Below, in pieces: positions 52,972-64,000 of a stretch of DNA of 64,000 nucleotides; within the stretch, counting starts at the first letter, position 1; each line of letters starts with the position of its first letter. Where the stretch lies: the NCBI GenBank assembly GCA_002633005.1, contig NMRA01000387.1, positions 235,017 to 299,016 of the forward strand. The letters run 5' to 3'. The notes under the pieces are model-generated. The model searched no databases. It was given only the letters and a program-made list of their open reading frames with translations, and was not told where the DNA came from. A program made the translations under genes and the position numbers. Source of the DNA: Phoronis australis. Taxonomy: Eukaryota; Animalia; Phoronida.

Positions 52972-54608
52972 CGCCTCCTGGTATCCCTGAGGACACCAGC
53001 ACAGTGCCAATGAACCCGGAGTCAAAGGAGCATCTGCGCGAACAAACAGACCACCAGCTTGTCAGCTGTATCCGCGAAGGTAACGACAGGGCAGACTACT
53101 TCAAGCCACCCATTCACACATTCACACTCAAATTCCTGGACAGCCATGTTGAGAGCAGCTTCCAGGACCATTATCTAGAAGAGCAGCACCACAACGTCTT
53201 AACCTTCTCCTCTCAGCACATGAATGCCTTCCTTGACTTCACCCTCTCACTCATCTTCTTTGTTCTTGTCGCTGTGTGTTGCTTCGAAGTCTATGGCATC
53301 CAAGTACCGTGGCTGGTGTTCTTCAGCATTGCGTTGATCTCGGAGGTAGTAATTCTCGTCCCACTGGGTGTTAACGCGTTCAGCAGTCGCAGCAGCCAAC
53401 AGAGTTCGTGTCAGAGGAAGTTCCGAGAGCTTGCGTCCAGCTGGATCATTCGACATGTGATCGGTGCTCTGGTCACGTGCTTACCCGTTGGAGCGGTGTA
53501 CAGTAATTTCTCGTGCGAGATTTTCACGCGGTTCAGTGCCAGTGATGCGTTTTATTGCTGCCTGATAATTGTGTCTCTTCTCCACTATATTAACTTTACA
53601 ATGCTAAGCTCATGGATGAAGTCGAGTCTTGCTGTTCTTGCTGGTCTCATGTTGATACTGTTACTTGCCATCGGAATTTGCGCGGGGACCACGACATCCG
53701 TCGGCATGAATCAAACCGAGGTTTTTCCATCAAGCAATTTGTCCAATCACACAGCAGCGTCATTGTTCTCTGGCGTTCGAATGTTAAGCTACGAAATCAT
53801 CATCGATGTCCTGCTTCTTCTCATTCTCATATGGTATCTGAATCGTGCGTTTGAAATCAGTTACCGACTGGCGTTTCACGGCGACATGGAAGCAGAGAAA
53901 GACAGGCGCGAAATGGAGGTGGCGAAGGAGCAAGCCGATTGGCTGCTACACAATATCATTCCACAGCACATATCACAGCAGCTGAAGAAAACATCAAAGT
54001 TCTCTAAAAATCACAAAGATGTTGGGGTAATCTTCGCCAGTATATGCAACTTTGACATGTTCTATGATGAGTCGTATGCCGGCGGTATTGAGTATCTGCG
54101 CGTGCTCAATGAGCTGATTGCAGACTACGAGGACTTGTTCGACCGACCAGAGTACAAGGACGTGGAGAAGATCAAAACAATTGGCAGCACGTTCATGGCT
54201 GCATCGGGACTTAACGAGCAACTGCGGGATAAAAATACGCACCCAGACGCCCACTTGTTCGCACTGATGGACTTTTGCATCGACCTGCAGCGAGTCATCC
54301 AACACTTCAACGAGAGCATCTTCAATTTCCAGTTCGAGCTGAAGATCGGCTACAACTTTGGCGAGGTCACGTCTGGGGTCATTGGCACGACTAAGCTGCA
54401 CTATGATATCTGGGGGGATACGGTGAACATCTCCAGCCGTATGTACTCAACGGGCCAGAAGGGAAAGATCCAGGTACCAGAGGACGTCGTGAATAGACTT
54501 AAAGATTATTTCGACTTCGAATATCGCGGGCAGATCGATGTCAAGGGAAAGGGTCTCATGAACACCTACCTGGTGGTTGGCAAAAGACCTGGAGTGACAT
54601 GGCATTAG
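52972..54608 (+). CDS. ADCY9: ADCY9 terminal exon: end of C1b, second 6-TM cassette, helical domain, C2a catalytic domain, stop TAG
   Basis: Acceptor ctttctgttgcag (phase 1). AC9-type motifs YFKPPIHTFTLKFLD, HYINFTMLSSWMKSSLA, WYLNRAFEISYRL, QADWLLHNIIP; catalytic motifs EKIKTIGSTFMAASGL and YDIWGDTVNISSRM (Lys/Asp ATP-specifying and Asn/Arg residues intact). Confidence 0.97.
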
Positions 54609-55129
54609 GGGATTATGGTTAGGCCAAGATCAAGTTTTTTGGTTTTGTCTGCATTTTTCTGAACCTGATGCTGTGACTTTTGATGGGCCTAGTCATACCT
54701 GGGTAGTTCTAAGTATGATTTTGAAAATGGAGAAAAATGAGTGGGTACCAACAATTAAAGTGTTATCAAATTTGATGAAGCACGTGGACATTATTGCATT
54801 CGAAGCGTGGTTTCTTTTTTCTGTTTGTCCCCAGACAGTTTTTTCAAGATGTTCAGACTTGCTTGGATTTATCTAGAGTTACGTTGGTATGAGAGAGCCC
54901 TCGGTGTTTTACACAAATCAATAATTTGTGTGGCATCAACTCAAGTGCTGTTGCCATGAGGTCTTTACCTTAAATTATGTTTGTTTTTCTTTAAAGCGCG
55001 GCATAGGCATTTGGTTAAAGGCACTTTTCGTCCTGTTTAACTGGTTAAAAATGTAACAAAGTTCGGCCCTATCCTCTCATTAAATCTATCATGTAATATT
55101 CCTTACCGTGAAAGGATGCTTTAAAATTT

Positions 55130-55327
55130 ATACACCTTATTCATGCAGTCGCCATTTTAGTAGTGAGCCTCTGTTTAGGTTTGTAAAACAAAATTTATTT
55201 GAGACATAAATATAACGAGGCACGCGGAAAATCATGCTTTGCGCTGTGATAAAGCGCAGAGTGCATTGTTTTTAAAACCTAAAAAGAGGCTCACTTTTAA
55301 AATGGTGACTGCGTGAATAAGGTGTAT
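55130..55327. mobile_element. Foldback MITE in putative ADCY9 3' UTR
   Basis: ~62-bp inverted arms ATACACCTTATTCATGCAGTCGCCATTTTA.. / ..TAAAATGGTGACTGCGTGAATAAGGTGTAT, roughly 90% complementary. Confidence 0.85.
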
Positions 55328-57605
55328 TGGGGTTACGCAACACTAAAATTGCAAATTTGAATATAGCGCACTTGTGCATTGCCTGTGACATTAATTGATA
55401 ACGGAAATTGAATCCTGTCAAGGTTAAGACTATTTCGAGACGGATTTTATGTTAGGGTCTAAACAGTCCGAAGTGCAGCTCTAAATAGATGGCACAGGTA
55501 CATTGTCACAGTTTTCAGTGCACTGAGTTCTGAATGATGCACCTGCAGAACAAAACCCAACGAGCTTGTTTTTGGCCTTAAATTGAAGGGAGATTTCTGA
55601 CAATCAGCAGGATTACCCACACTTAGTGTTTACCATTGATAGGTCTCCAGTTTTGTCCAAGGTGTCTTCCTTATTGAAAATATCCGGTCATTCTGTCTTG
55701 TTTGACCAAGTTTGTAGGGGGGTGTTTTCAAATAGCCTGAACATGGTAAGCACATTGTCTTACATTTCTTTGGGGTTGAAGCCCAGAAATTATTGCATTA
55801 TAAACTAGACTGAATTATTATGTGATCAGCGGAAACATTCGCCAATATTAACACCACCTTGGACCCTATTTTTTACTATGCTTCCCCTCAGACAGTTCAT
55901 TGCTGTGTGGAGTATCCTTGCTCAGAGTGGTATCTTTGGAAGCATTGAGTATTCATTGGGTAATGGAAGCGTGAGGGCTACCTGTTGTAATTGTAATTTT
56001 AACTTATATCTGAAACGGTGTTAATGGACCTTCAGTTGGAAAACTTGAGTACAAATCCGGGGTCTTTGGCGTACTTAGGAGTAAATATCTTACTGTGTCT
56101 GAATTGGCTTATACTTTCGTTAGTCACCATAATTCAAATTTCCACAATGTGTGACGCACTTTAACGGCCGAGTCGTCTGCCTTGTGATCAGATTCTCAGC
56201 TCTCCCAGTCTAGCATGTGATGACATAAGAAGTGTTTATCGTTAATCAACAATGGACGCGAGGAAATCTTGCGCTTTCAAACAGTACGATTTGTCTGATG
56301 AAAGTTGTGATGACAAACTTTACAACAGTCTCACCTAGTACGTACAGGTGCTGGTCATGTGTAAAGTAGCTCCGTGTACCGGTGTCTTCTAAATTGCTGG
56401 TGCTTGGGCCTGAGGTTGCAGTGGCTCTGGGTCGAGTTTAGCAAGAAAACTTGAGCGTAAATCTTGAGAAATTATGAGCTTCCGTTGTTTTTGATGGACC
56501 TTTTTATTTTCCATGTACTGGGAGAAGATACATATGTGAGAAATCACAATACTGTTATCAAAACCACTGAAACGGAGGATTCCCTGATCAATCATTGCTG
56601 GTACACTGTTTATGACATCAAATGCTCTGCGGTGACCTGTCCAGCTCACCATTTGATCATGAATCACAAATAGTGGGTGAATGGCTGGACCTTCAGATTG
56701 GCAACTGGGCTTATCGGTGTTATTAATTAGTAAGCCAGTTAATGAAATGGTTATTTTATTAGCCTTGACCCTGAGATTTGTACTTAAAGGCCAAGACTGA
56801 TGCAGTGTATGTAGTACATATTTGTGAATTGTGTGCAAGCAAATTACTTCTCACAAGTCAGCTCAAGAAGCTTTGATATCATCCACTGTAGCGAAATGTT
56901 GTATGCAGCTAGGTGGCGGTAGCAGTCATCATGATCATGTGACCGATCATGTTTGGTTGTGTCACTGAGGCCTCCCCTTATCTACCTGACTTATCCAATT
57001 TTATTTGTGGAGTAGTGATTTGTTTTGATTTCTATAATTTCTGCATAATCATCTATTCACTTAATAGTCTTGGACTGTACAAATTCTGTTAGCACATTAC
57101 TCATTTTCACGAGACAGAATACATATTATTGATAAATTACTGTCTTGTACGTAACTGGCTGTTGATTAAGTTTCGAAAAATCGTAAATTGCTGTTCATGC
57201 AGAGATGTTCGTCACAACAAAACACATGAGTGGTCCCGCCACCTATAGGCCATTTGTGTCACATTCATGAACTTCATTAAGTCCAGTTGTAATTCGCAGT
57301 TGTTATACAATCACTTGAATTATGGAGAGCTGTTTCTCACTACCGTGCTAAAATTGCTTGGAATATTGATTTTTTCCTCTCTAAATTTACTAGTCACAAT
57401 ATTTTACTAGGCAAGATATTTTAAAGTTTGTTTTGCCATTTGTTTTTTTTTTGGTTGAGGACAAGTTTGTGAGCTATTTGTATATGACTGTGATGTATCA
57501 TGAGTGACTGGCTGTGTTATACAGGTACAAAAATAGCATAGGTTTTAGAAATTTTATTTTTATTCTCAAGTTTAGAATTGTAAATTTTATACCATGTGAA
57601 TCATT

Positions 57606-57651
57606 TTGTATTGTATTGTATTGTATAGTATTGTATTGTATTGTATTGTAT
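57606..57651. repeat. (TTGTA)n microsatellite
   Basis: About nine pentamer units. Confidence 0.95.
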
Positions 57652-57778
57652 TTAATTGGGATTTCAAAAAGGTGTATTACAATTAGGAGTGCTTCTCAAA
57701 TTTTACATTTCTGGGTCCAGCCCAAATTACATGAGTAACTTGGTTATTTAAGCTGCTATAAACTGCCCTTCTGTAAAT

Positions 57779-57850
57779 AATAAACTTTTACTTTTAACCG
57801 TTTGTCTCAATAAATTGGTTTGAAAATGTCTTAATAAATTGGTTTGAAAA
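57779..57850 (+). terminator. Cluster of three AATAAA polyadenylation signals, likely 3' end of ADCY9 (3' UTR ~3.2 kb)
   Basis: AATAAA at 57779, 57809 and 57833; the last two lie within a duplicated AATAAATTGGTTTGAAAA unit; T-rich context. Confidence 0.5.
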
Positions 57851-60800
57851 CTTTTCTTATCTCCAATTAGAAGTGACGCCTTAATGCTTGGAATCATTTT
57901 GTGCGTTGAGCCTACTCTCAACGAAAGGCCCAGACATCACTGCTTGATTAAAGTAACGTGCATTTCTACAAATTATAGTGTCGTGCACTCACAATTACTT
58001 GGCTAAGCCTTTTTGCAAAATTTGTGAAGCAAGACTAAACGTTCTGCCTATAATACTGTCATGAAGCAGACCCTAGTTTTATTAATGTAAAAGACAAGTT
58101 TGTGATGGAAGACAATGTTTGGATCGATGTGCTGAAAACCATTATGCTAGTAGTTCTGTTATTGTTGTTTTAACATGGATATGTGATTGCGTTTGACTTT
58201 TTGATGATATCTGCAATGGCTGGAACTTAATGATGTTCAATGTGAATACCATTTTAGGCAAGGAAGTTTAATTAAGCACTATTGCAATTAAAAGTGCCAT
58301 TGGTGTAGCGCAAACATGAAGGCAGGCGCAGATCCAGGATTGAGTGGAGGGGTGTCTGACAATGACTGGACATAGTAGCCGATTGGCGGCATCCATATTT
58401 ATTAGACCCCTTTCTTGAGCTCTCGTCATGTCGTTTTCATTCATGACATGAGTTTCTGAGCACGTGTGAGCGTAGGTTCTGTTGAGAAAGGGATTTGATC
58501 TGTTGAACATGATATGGATTTTTGAGATATCTAGACACGGGAAAAGGACTGACAGACGCTGTGCATGTTTTTCAAATATTGTTCATTTACCATACATTGG
58601 AACCTTTCGCTAGTACCGTTAAAATGAAATTCATTGCTGTAGTAAAATCTCACACAATACGGAATTTAATTATGTTTCAATTTCTCATTTTGTATTAAGT
58701 GGTACCACATTGATGATTTATTATTTCCAACTACCTGTCATTGCGCAACAATTTGAAAAGTTGAGAGCCGTCATAACGAGGTTTGAGGCCTTTCAAAAAT
58801 GAAAAATAGTTCCGGCCATTATTTTTGTCTGAAGTTGACAAGATCGTGCAGCATGTAAGATTATCATTTAAAAAATGATCTTTCCTTTCAAGAGCTTTTT
58901 TTCCATCAAACTTTATTTGCTTCCAGCAACATATTTCAACTTTTAACCCTGAGTAATTTGGTGGTTTTGTAGTGGCTCGGGCTCTGATGTATGGTGGTTT
59001 TTCCAATATGCCATCATATGGCAGGTTTTGAGGTTGCTACTAACCCGCTTTCCATCAATGAAAACTAAGTTATGACTTGGACCACGAACAGCAAGAAAAA
59101 TCGGACATGTTCCAGAAAACTGGTTCAGCTAAGACAAATCTTAAATTTCAGTCAATATTAAGACAAAACTCAAATGTGTCTCAAGTCCGTTTCTGACTTC
59201 GGTTTTGTCCGATTTTGACTAACTTATCAGATTTGGAAGTTTCAGAGTTTGGAAGTTGAGAAAAATCTTAGACTTAAGTGAGAAATGTCCTTAAGTCCGT
59301 TTCTTGGAATAGACCCTTGGTCTCTACCCATTTCAACTCAAGGGGATGTCTTGTCTTGAAAGAACTGACGGTTTGTGCTTGATACCAGGCTCGACAAAAT
59401 TGCTTGTCATGGTTGGCCTAATGATGCGCTGAACATGACCTCGAGCCATAATAAACATTTAGTGGTTCCCAAGCCTGGATGATCATGTAAGTAAGCTACA
59501 AGTCAAGACTGCACGTACATCTATCCATGCACTGGACATGAAACTCGTGATCTCAAAAGATTTACTCGCAAGGTTCTTGCGTCTGTAGGACTCTGTCCTG
59601 TTTTATTTTGCGTGCAGTCTATATCAAAAATTCATTTCATCAACAGATCATGTATTCGTAGCAACTTAGTGTTATTTTTTGTAAATGTTAAAGGCTAGTG
59701 CTCTACTTTATCATAATTTGAAACTTTGTGACTAGATGGAATGGATTTTAATTTGCTGCTTCATTTGGGACGAAATAAATTAATGTAGAGTATTTCTGTG
59801 GACCATTTATTTATTTATTTATCGTCCAGGTGTAGTAATGTGAGATGCACTAATTATAAATCAAATCTTCTGAAAAAACTTATTTTAGCTCCCTGGCTCC
59901 TATTGGAGAGTAAAGCAAAATGTTTTTCAAATCCTATAGGGGGCATGTGCTCATTTTTCTTCCATAATTCATATCAAATATTTGAGATGACAGTTGTTAC
60001 AGTAGTTGGCAATTTTTGAAAGTGTCAAAAGTATGGTATATGTCAGGAACCGGTATGACTATTGGTTACTAGTCGGTCTCCTCAGTAATGGAATTGTACC
60101 TTAGAGTTTTTGCTGCACTAAATTATGTGTCAGTATGTTACAGAAATGGGTTTGATTCAGAATATTATGCTCATATCTGTTGTCAGTGAATGTAATGTCT
60201 ATTTCGCATTTTTCAGTGTGTAATATTAATTATGTCTTTTGTTTTTAATGAATATTTCACTGTCATTTACTGTCACTACTGTGTCTTGTTTCAATTTTAA
60301 ATAAAAATAAAGCATTTGAATGTACAAAAGAATGGTGTTCATTATTCTCTTGTAGCTGGTAAAATACAGAGATGCGCAGCATAAGTGTGAAATATGAAAC
60401 TTGAACACGTGCTGCACATTCACGTCTTGTGAATAAAACTACTAACCTTTTCAGTTGCATGAAATTCCGCATGTGGGTTTACACAATTCGTGACGAAGTT
60501 GGCAATTTTTTGTATCTTCCCAAAATACTTGGCAACTTGATATCAGCAACCCTTTACAAAACTTGATTGGGTTCTCAAAACCATACTGAGTGATTGTTTT
60601 TCATGACATGAAAATTTTCGTGCTCTTGCAGAAATTTAGATTTTATTGTTCCAACAGCAAGAAACTCGAGCATCTTGTTTTTTCATGCTCTTTCAGTGTG
60701 TCAAACATGTTCTGTTACATGGAGTTTTCAGGAAATCTTCGAATGGCTTGTTAGAAGTGTGTGTTTTGTGCCCAAGTTTAATTTTGGTAAATGACACTGG

Positions 60801-61074
60801 ATGGAGAAGTTACATAAAAAACAACCAAAATTTTTTGTCACACCCATTTTTATAAGATTTACTATAAAACTAACGAATTAATGATAAGTGTTTATTTTAA
60901 CTATTTCAATCTTTTCATTAAGTGTTTAAGGGCACTTAATCTATTTGCAAAGAAAGATGACTTCAGAAATAATTTAAAAAATTAAAATGCAACTTAGATT
61001 GTGGCAAAAGAAAACGCTGCAGTCAGATGGACATTTAATGTTTCCCATGATACCCTCTTCGTCTCTTTCCGTGA

Positions 61075-61260
61075 CTAATCGGAAGTAGGGTCACATGTCA
61101 CAGCGCTAAACACTGTCCAATCATACGGCAATTTTTATATCACGTGATTAAGATTGACACGAATAATTGGTTTCCGCTAGTGGAATTTCCACTCGGGGAT
61201 TTTCGTTGTTTTCTCTTACTAGCGTAGAACTTTTCATCAACAGCCGCCATTTTGGTTAAA
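61075..61260 (+). promoter_or_regulatory. Putative TATA-less CBP/p300 promoter
   Basis: ETS-like CGGAAGT (61080), CCAAT (61117) and ATTGG (61166), palindromic E-box ATCACGTGAT (61139-61148), near-palindrome AGTGGAATTTCCACT (61179-61193), YY1 site GCCGCCATTTTG (61243-61254). All lie within ~180 bp, ~400 bp upstream of the ATG. Confidence 0.65.
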
Positions 61261-61642
61261 TTGGCCGAGAGAAATTTCAACTTTTTATCTAAAATTTGTG
61301 ACCTTAATGATCTCTGTAACGGAATCATTTCACCTTGGATGGAAGTTGATCTTTACATGAAGAAATCTAGCCTGGAAAAGAACAATATCGTGGTTTGTTA
61401 GCTCTTTTACGTGTGATACATTCTGATGTCCATTTTCGCTTTTGTGCGGCGAAATTTAATATGCTGTAAAATTTGAAGATCTGGCCGTTTTCTTCGCTTC
61501 GTTATGGGTTTATACCCATTGATCTTGTCGAGGATACCATGTACTTCAACAGATATGTTTACAGTGTGGAATCGGTACGCTGTTAAAGAGAAATCGAAGG
61601 CTCTTTAATATTACTTGTGGATACAGGTTCGTCGTTTAAAAC

Positions 61643-61727
61643 ATGGCGGACCAACTTGTGGACGGACCACCGTCGGCAAAACGGATGAAAATTGCTTCAC
61701 CATCGCTGACTCCTACCGAGTCTACAG
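61643..61727 (+). CDS. CREBBP: CREB-binding protein / p300 orthologue, first coding exon: MADQLVDGPPSAKRMKIASPSLTPTEST(D)
   Basis: Good Kozak context AAACATGG. The peptide parallels human CBP MAENLLDGPPNPKRAKLSSP..DSTD. 85 coding nt with phase-1 donor CAG|GTATGA, the same length and phase I recall for human CREBBP exon 1. Confidence 0.93.
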
Positions 61728-62078
61728 GTATGATAGCTGGTGATTTTTGCTTATTTATCTGTTATTATATATTCAGGGATTATGTGTTACAAGTATGCCT
61801 GTATTGACATATTTTTGGTCTTACAACGTGAAATCCCAGTTTGACATATTTACTTCACGCGTTTGACCTATTATCAAATCAGTACTAACAAAAGTGATTT
61901 AATTGTAGTTTTCAGTAATTAGTACTCCTGAAACTTTCTCAAGTTAAACCAAATCATAATTTCATTGCATTTTATTAATCATTAACAGATATATTACTTG
62001 ATGGGGTTTCCAATTATGACTTAGTTGAAGGTGCCCTTTCCTTTGAGGAAACATGAAATTCAATTGTCTCTTTTTCAG

Positions 62079-62989
62079 ATTTTAATTTTTTGCTGGAATT
62101 TGCTCAAGATTTGCCCAATGATCTGTTGGATTCAGACAACCTGGCAACAAGCAATGGACCGATGAGCTCAAGCCAAGATCAAAGTGAAGGACAGTCGGGC
62201 ACTCAGCAGAATCAACAGCAGACACAGCAAAATATTTCATTGAACAATTCACAAAAGCAACCATTGGTGAAAGTGAATGACAAGCATCAAAACTTATCAG
62301 CATTGCTTTCTGCCAATGACTCTCCACAGCCCCCTACGAACTCAAGTCCCCAGCCTAGCCACAATTCAGTGACGAACACATCACAGAATCAAAATAGTGT
62401 CGGTAATAGCCTGAACTTACAGTCACCACCTATGTCCAAGAATGTCTCTGCATTGGCCTCATCCACCCCATTCAGCGCAAACAATGCCAGTGGTGATATC
62501 GTCAATGTAAGTCTTGGTGGGGGAAATATGAACTCGAGCAGTGGTTCGTTCAATATGGTCAGCGGAACTATGAGTATGAGTAGTGTAACGGGTGGCATGA
62601 GCCTACCCAACAGTTTACCCATGACGAGCATGAACACTAGCCTGCCCATGGCTATGAGTGCTGGGAATAATATAAATTTGTCTGTCAACACTCGTCCTAT
62701 CATGAGCAGTGGCGGTGGTCCCATGGGTATCCCAAATCAGCCGACACCCCTGCAGCAGGGGCCACTAATGAATGGACCCCAGATGAACGTGACCTATCCA
62801 TCCGCAGCTCTCAGGATGGCGAGGGCCAATGCAATGAACCCCAAATCTTCACAAGAAGGCAATATTTTACGTAACGCTCTAGGGCAGCCAACAGGTGCTA
62901 GCCAACCCATGGCTCCGATCCGCCCCCCGGTTCCCCAGCCCCAACCACCACCACCACCACCACCACAAGCTGTACCTCAGGGACCAAGG
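62079..62989 (+). CDS. CREBBP: CBP/p300 orthologue, second coding exon (N-terminal low-complexity region with LxxLL box)
   Basis: Acceptor gtctctttttcag. DFNFLLEFAQDLPNDLL parallels human DFGSLFDLENDLPDELI; KHQNLSALL parallels KHKQLSELL. Q/N/S/M/P-rich body; phase-0 donor AGG|GTGAGT. Confidence 0.92.
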
Positions 62990-64000
62990 GTGAGTAGATA
63001 ACATATGACTAATTTGATCAGCTTGCCCTGTTTTAAAATATTTTTCCAGCTTTGTGATGCTGGAAATGTTTGGCTTCATTATTGTTGAGTTCTGTGTTTG
63101 CAGAGATAGCTATTTTATTAGAAAGCGTAAGAATGTCTGAGAATGGATGACGGATTTTTTTTCCATGTTTCATGCAGTTTGCTGCTCTCTGACCTATTTT
63201 TAACAATTTGTGACCTTACAGGGTCATGTGGTCACTCTGTAGTGTACTCTTTGCATTCACAGAATCAGAATCTGTGATGATCATTCATACCTATTTTAAT
63301 GTGACACTACGACCTGTTTGCCAGCTCTCGCAACACGTTTGAATGGCCCGCCCCAGTTTGAATGACCCTCCGACACATTTGAATTTTCAGTTGTGAACGC
63401 TGCTTGGTGCTGTTTGTAAATAGAAAATTGTCATCATGTTCCTCTGTGTTGCTTTACTGCTAAAACATGTAGTTATAAAGTAGGTAAATGTGCACTGAAG
63501 ACTCTGTGATGCTGCGGACACATTTGCACAATAAAGAACATCAACTAGTGTACTCTTCCGGCATGTTTCTTGGCCTTCGTACGTTTACAACACATTTAGG
63601 TTCCCAGTTGTGGAGAACACTATTAAGCCGAATTCCACTATTTTCAATCTAAGTTTAGTTTAGCATATTTTTTATTATTTCGGCAGGTCAGTTAGCCAAA
63701 TTTTTCCCAATAGTACTACGGGCCAAGTGGGGTCAATAACTTCTGAAAACATGAACTCTAGTGCAATCTTGTTTTATTCCAGTTTGAAGGTGACAATTAT
63801 TGGCCTTGATTGCAACATGTTGTGCCATTTCCTTTAGGATGGTTTACCTGTTGTTATCATTTATGACATGATGAGACCTCAGATATGGGTTTTCTTTGTA
63901 GTAGGTACACTGTTCCAACTGGAAGCCATGTTAGACTGGTTGTTTACAGTTGTACCACACTGGACTGCTAGGCACCTTTCTTTGTTCAGTTTCTTTGTCT

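Noticed and set aside
53247-54401. Antisense and alternate-frame ORFs over the ADCY9 last exon (similar ones over CBP exon 2)
   Set aside because: Shadow ORFs expected from codon bias of the real CDS; no recognisable motifs.
54606-54663. Stop-codon readthrough extending ADCY9
   Set aside because: TAG-G is not a leaky context and the extension (17 codons) shows no similarity to C2b.

Overview
AT-rich animal (apparently invertebrate) genomic DNA with two spliced genes on the + strand. (1) The 3' portion of an adenylyl cyclase type 9 orthologue (ADCY9). It comprises a C1a catalytic exon running off the left edge (<1..409), a ~40.6-kb intron full of non-autonomous DNA transposons, four short exons absent from the ORF track (41053-41136, 42362-42483, 48397-48471, 49963-50071) whose splice phases chain correctly, a 1.64-kb terminal exon (52972-54608, six TM helices + C2a) and a ~3.2-kb putative 3' UTR. 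(2) About 3.3 kb past the putative ADCY9 poly(A) signals lie the promoter and first two coding exons of a CBP/p300 orthologue (61643-61727, 62079-62989). Highlights: the ADCY9->CREBBP tandem order matches human 16p13.3; this AC9 has the 'forskolin-sensitive' Leu/Ser residues and lacks the auto-inhibitory C2b tail; three perfect CRE sites lie in ADCY9 introns; hAT-like elements with 5-, 6- and 8-bp target-site duplications co-occur. Four N-joined tandem 'duplications' are most likely assembly artefacts. No RNA genes, CRISPR arrays or intact transposases were recognised. All homology calls are from memory of the families, not database searches.
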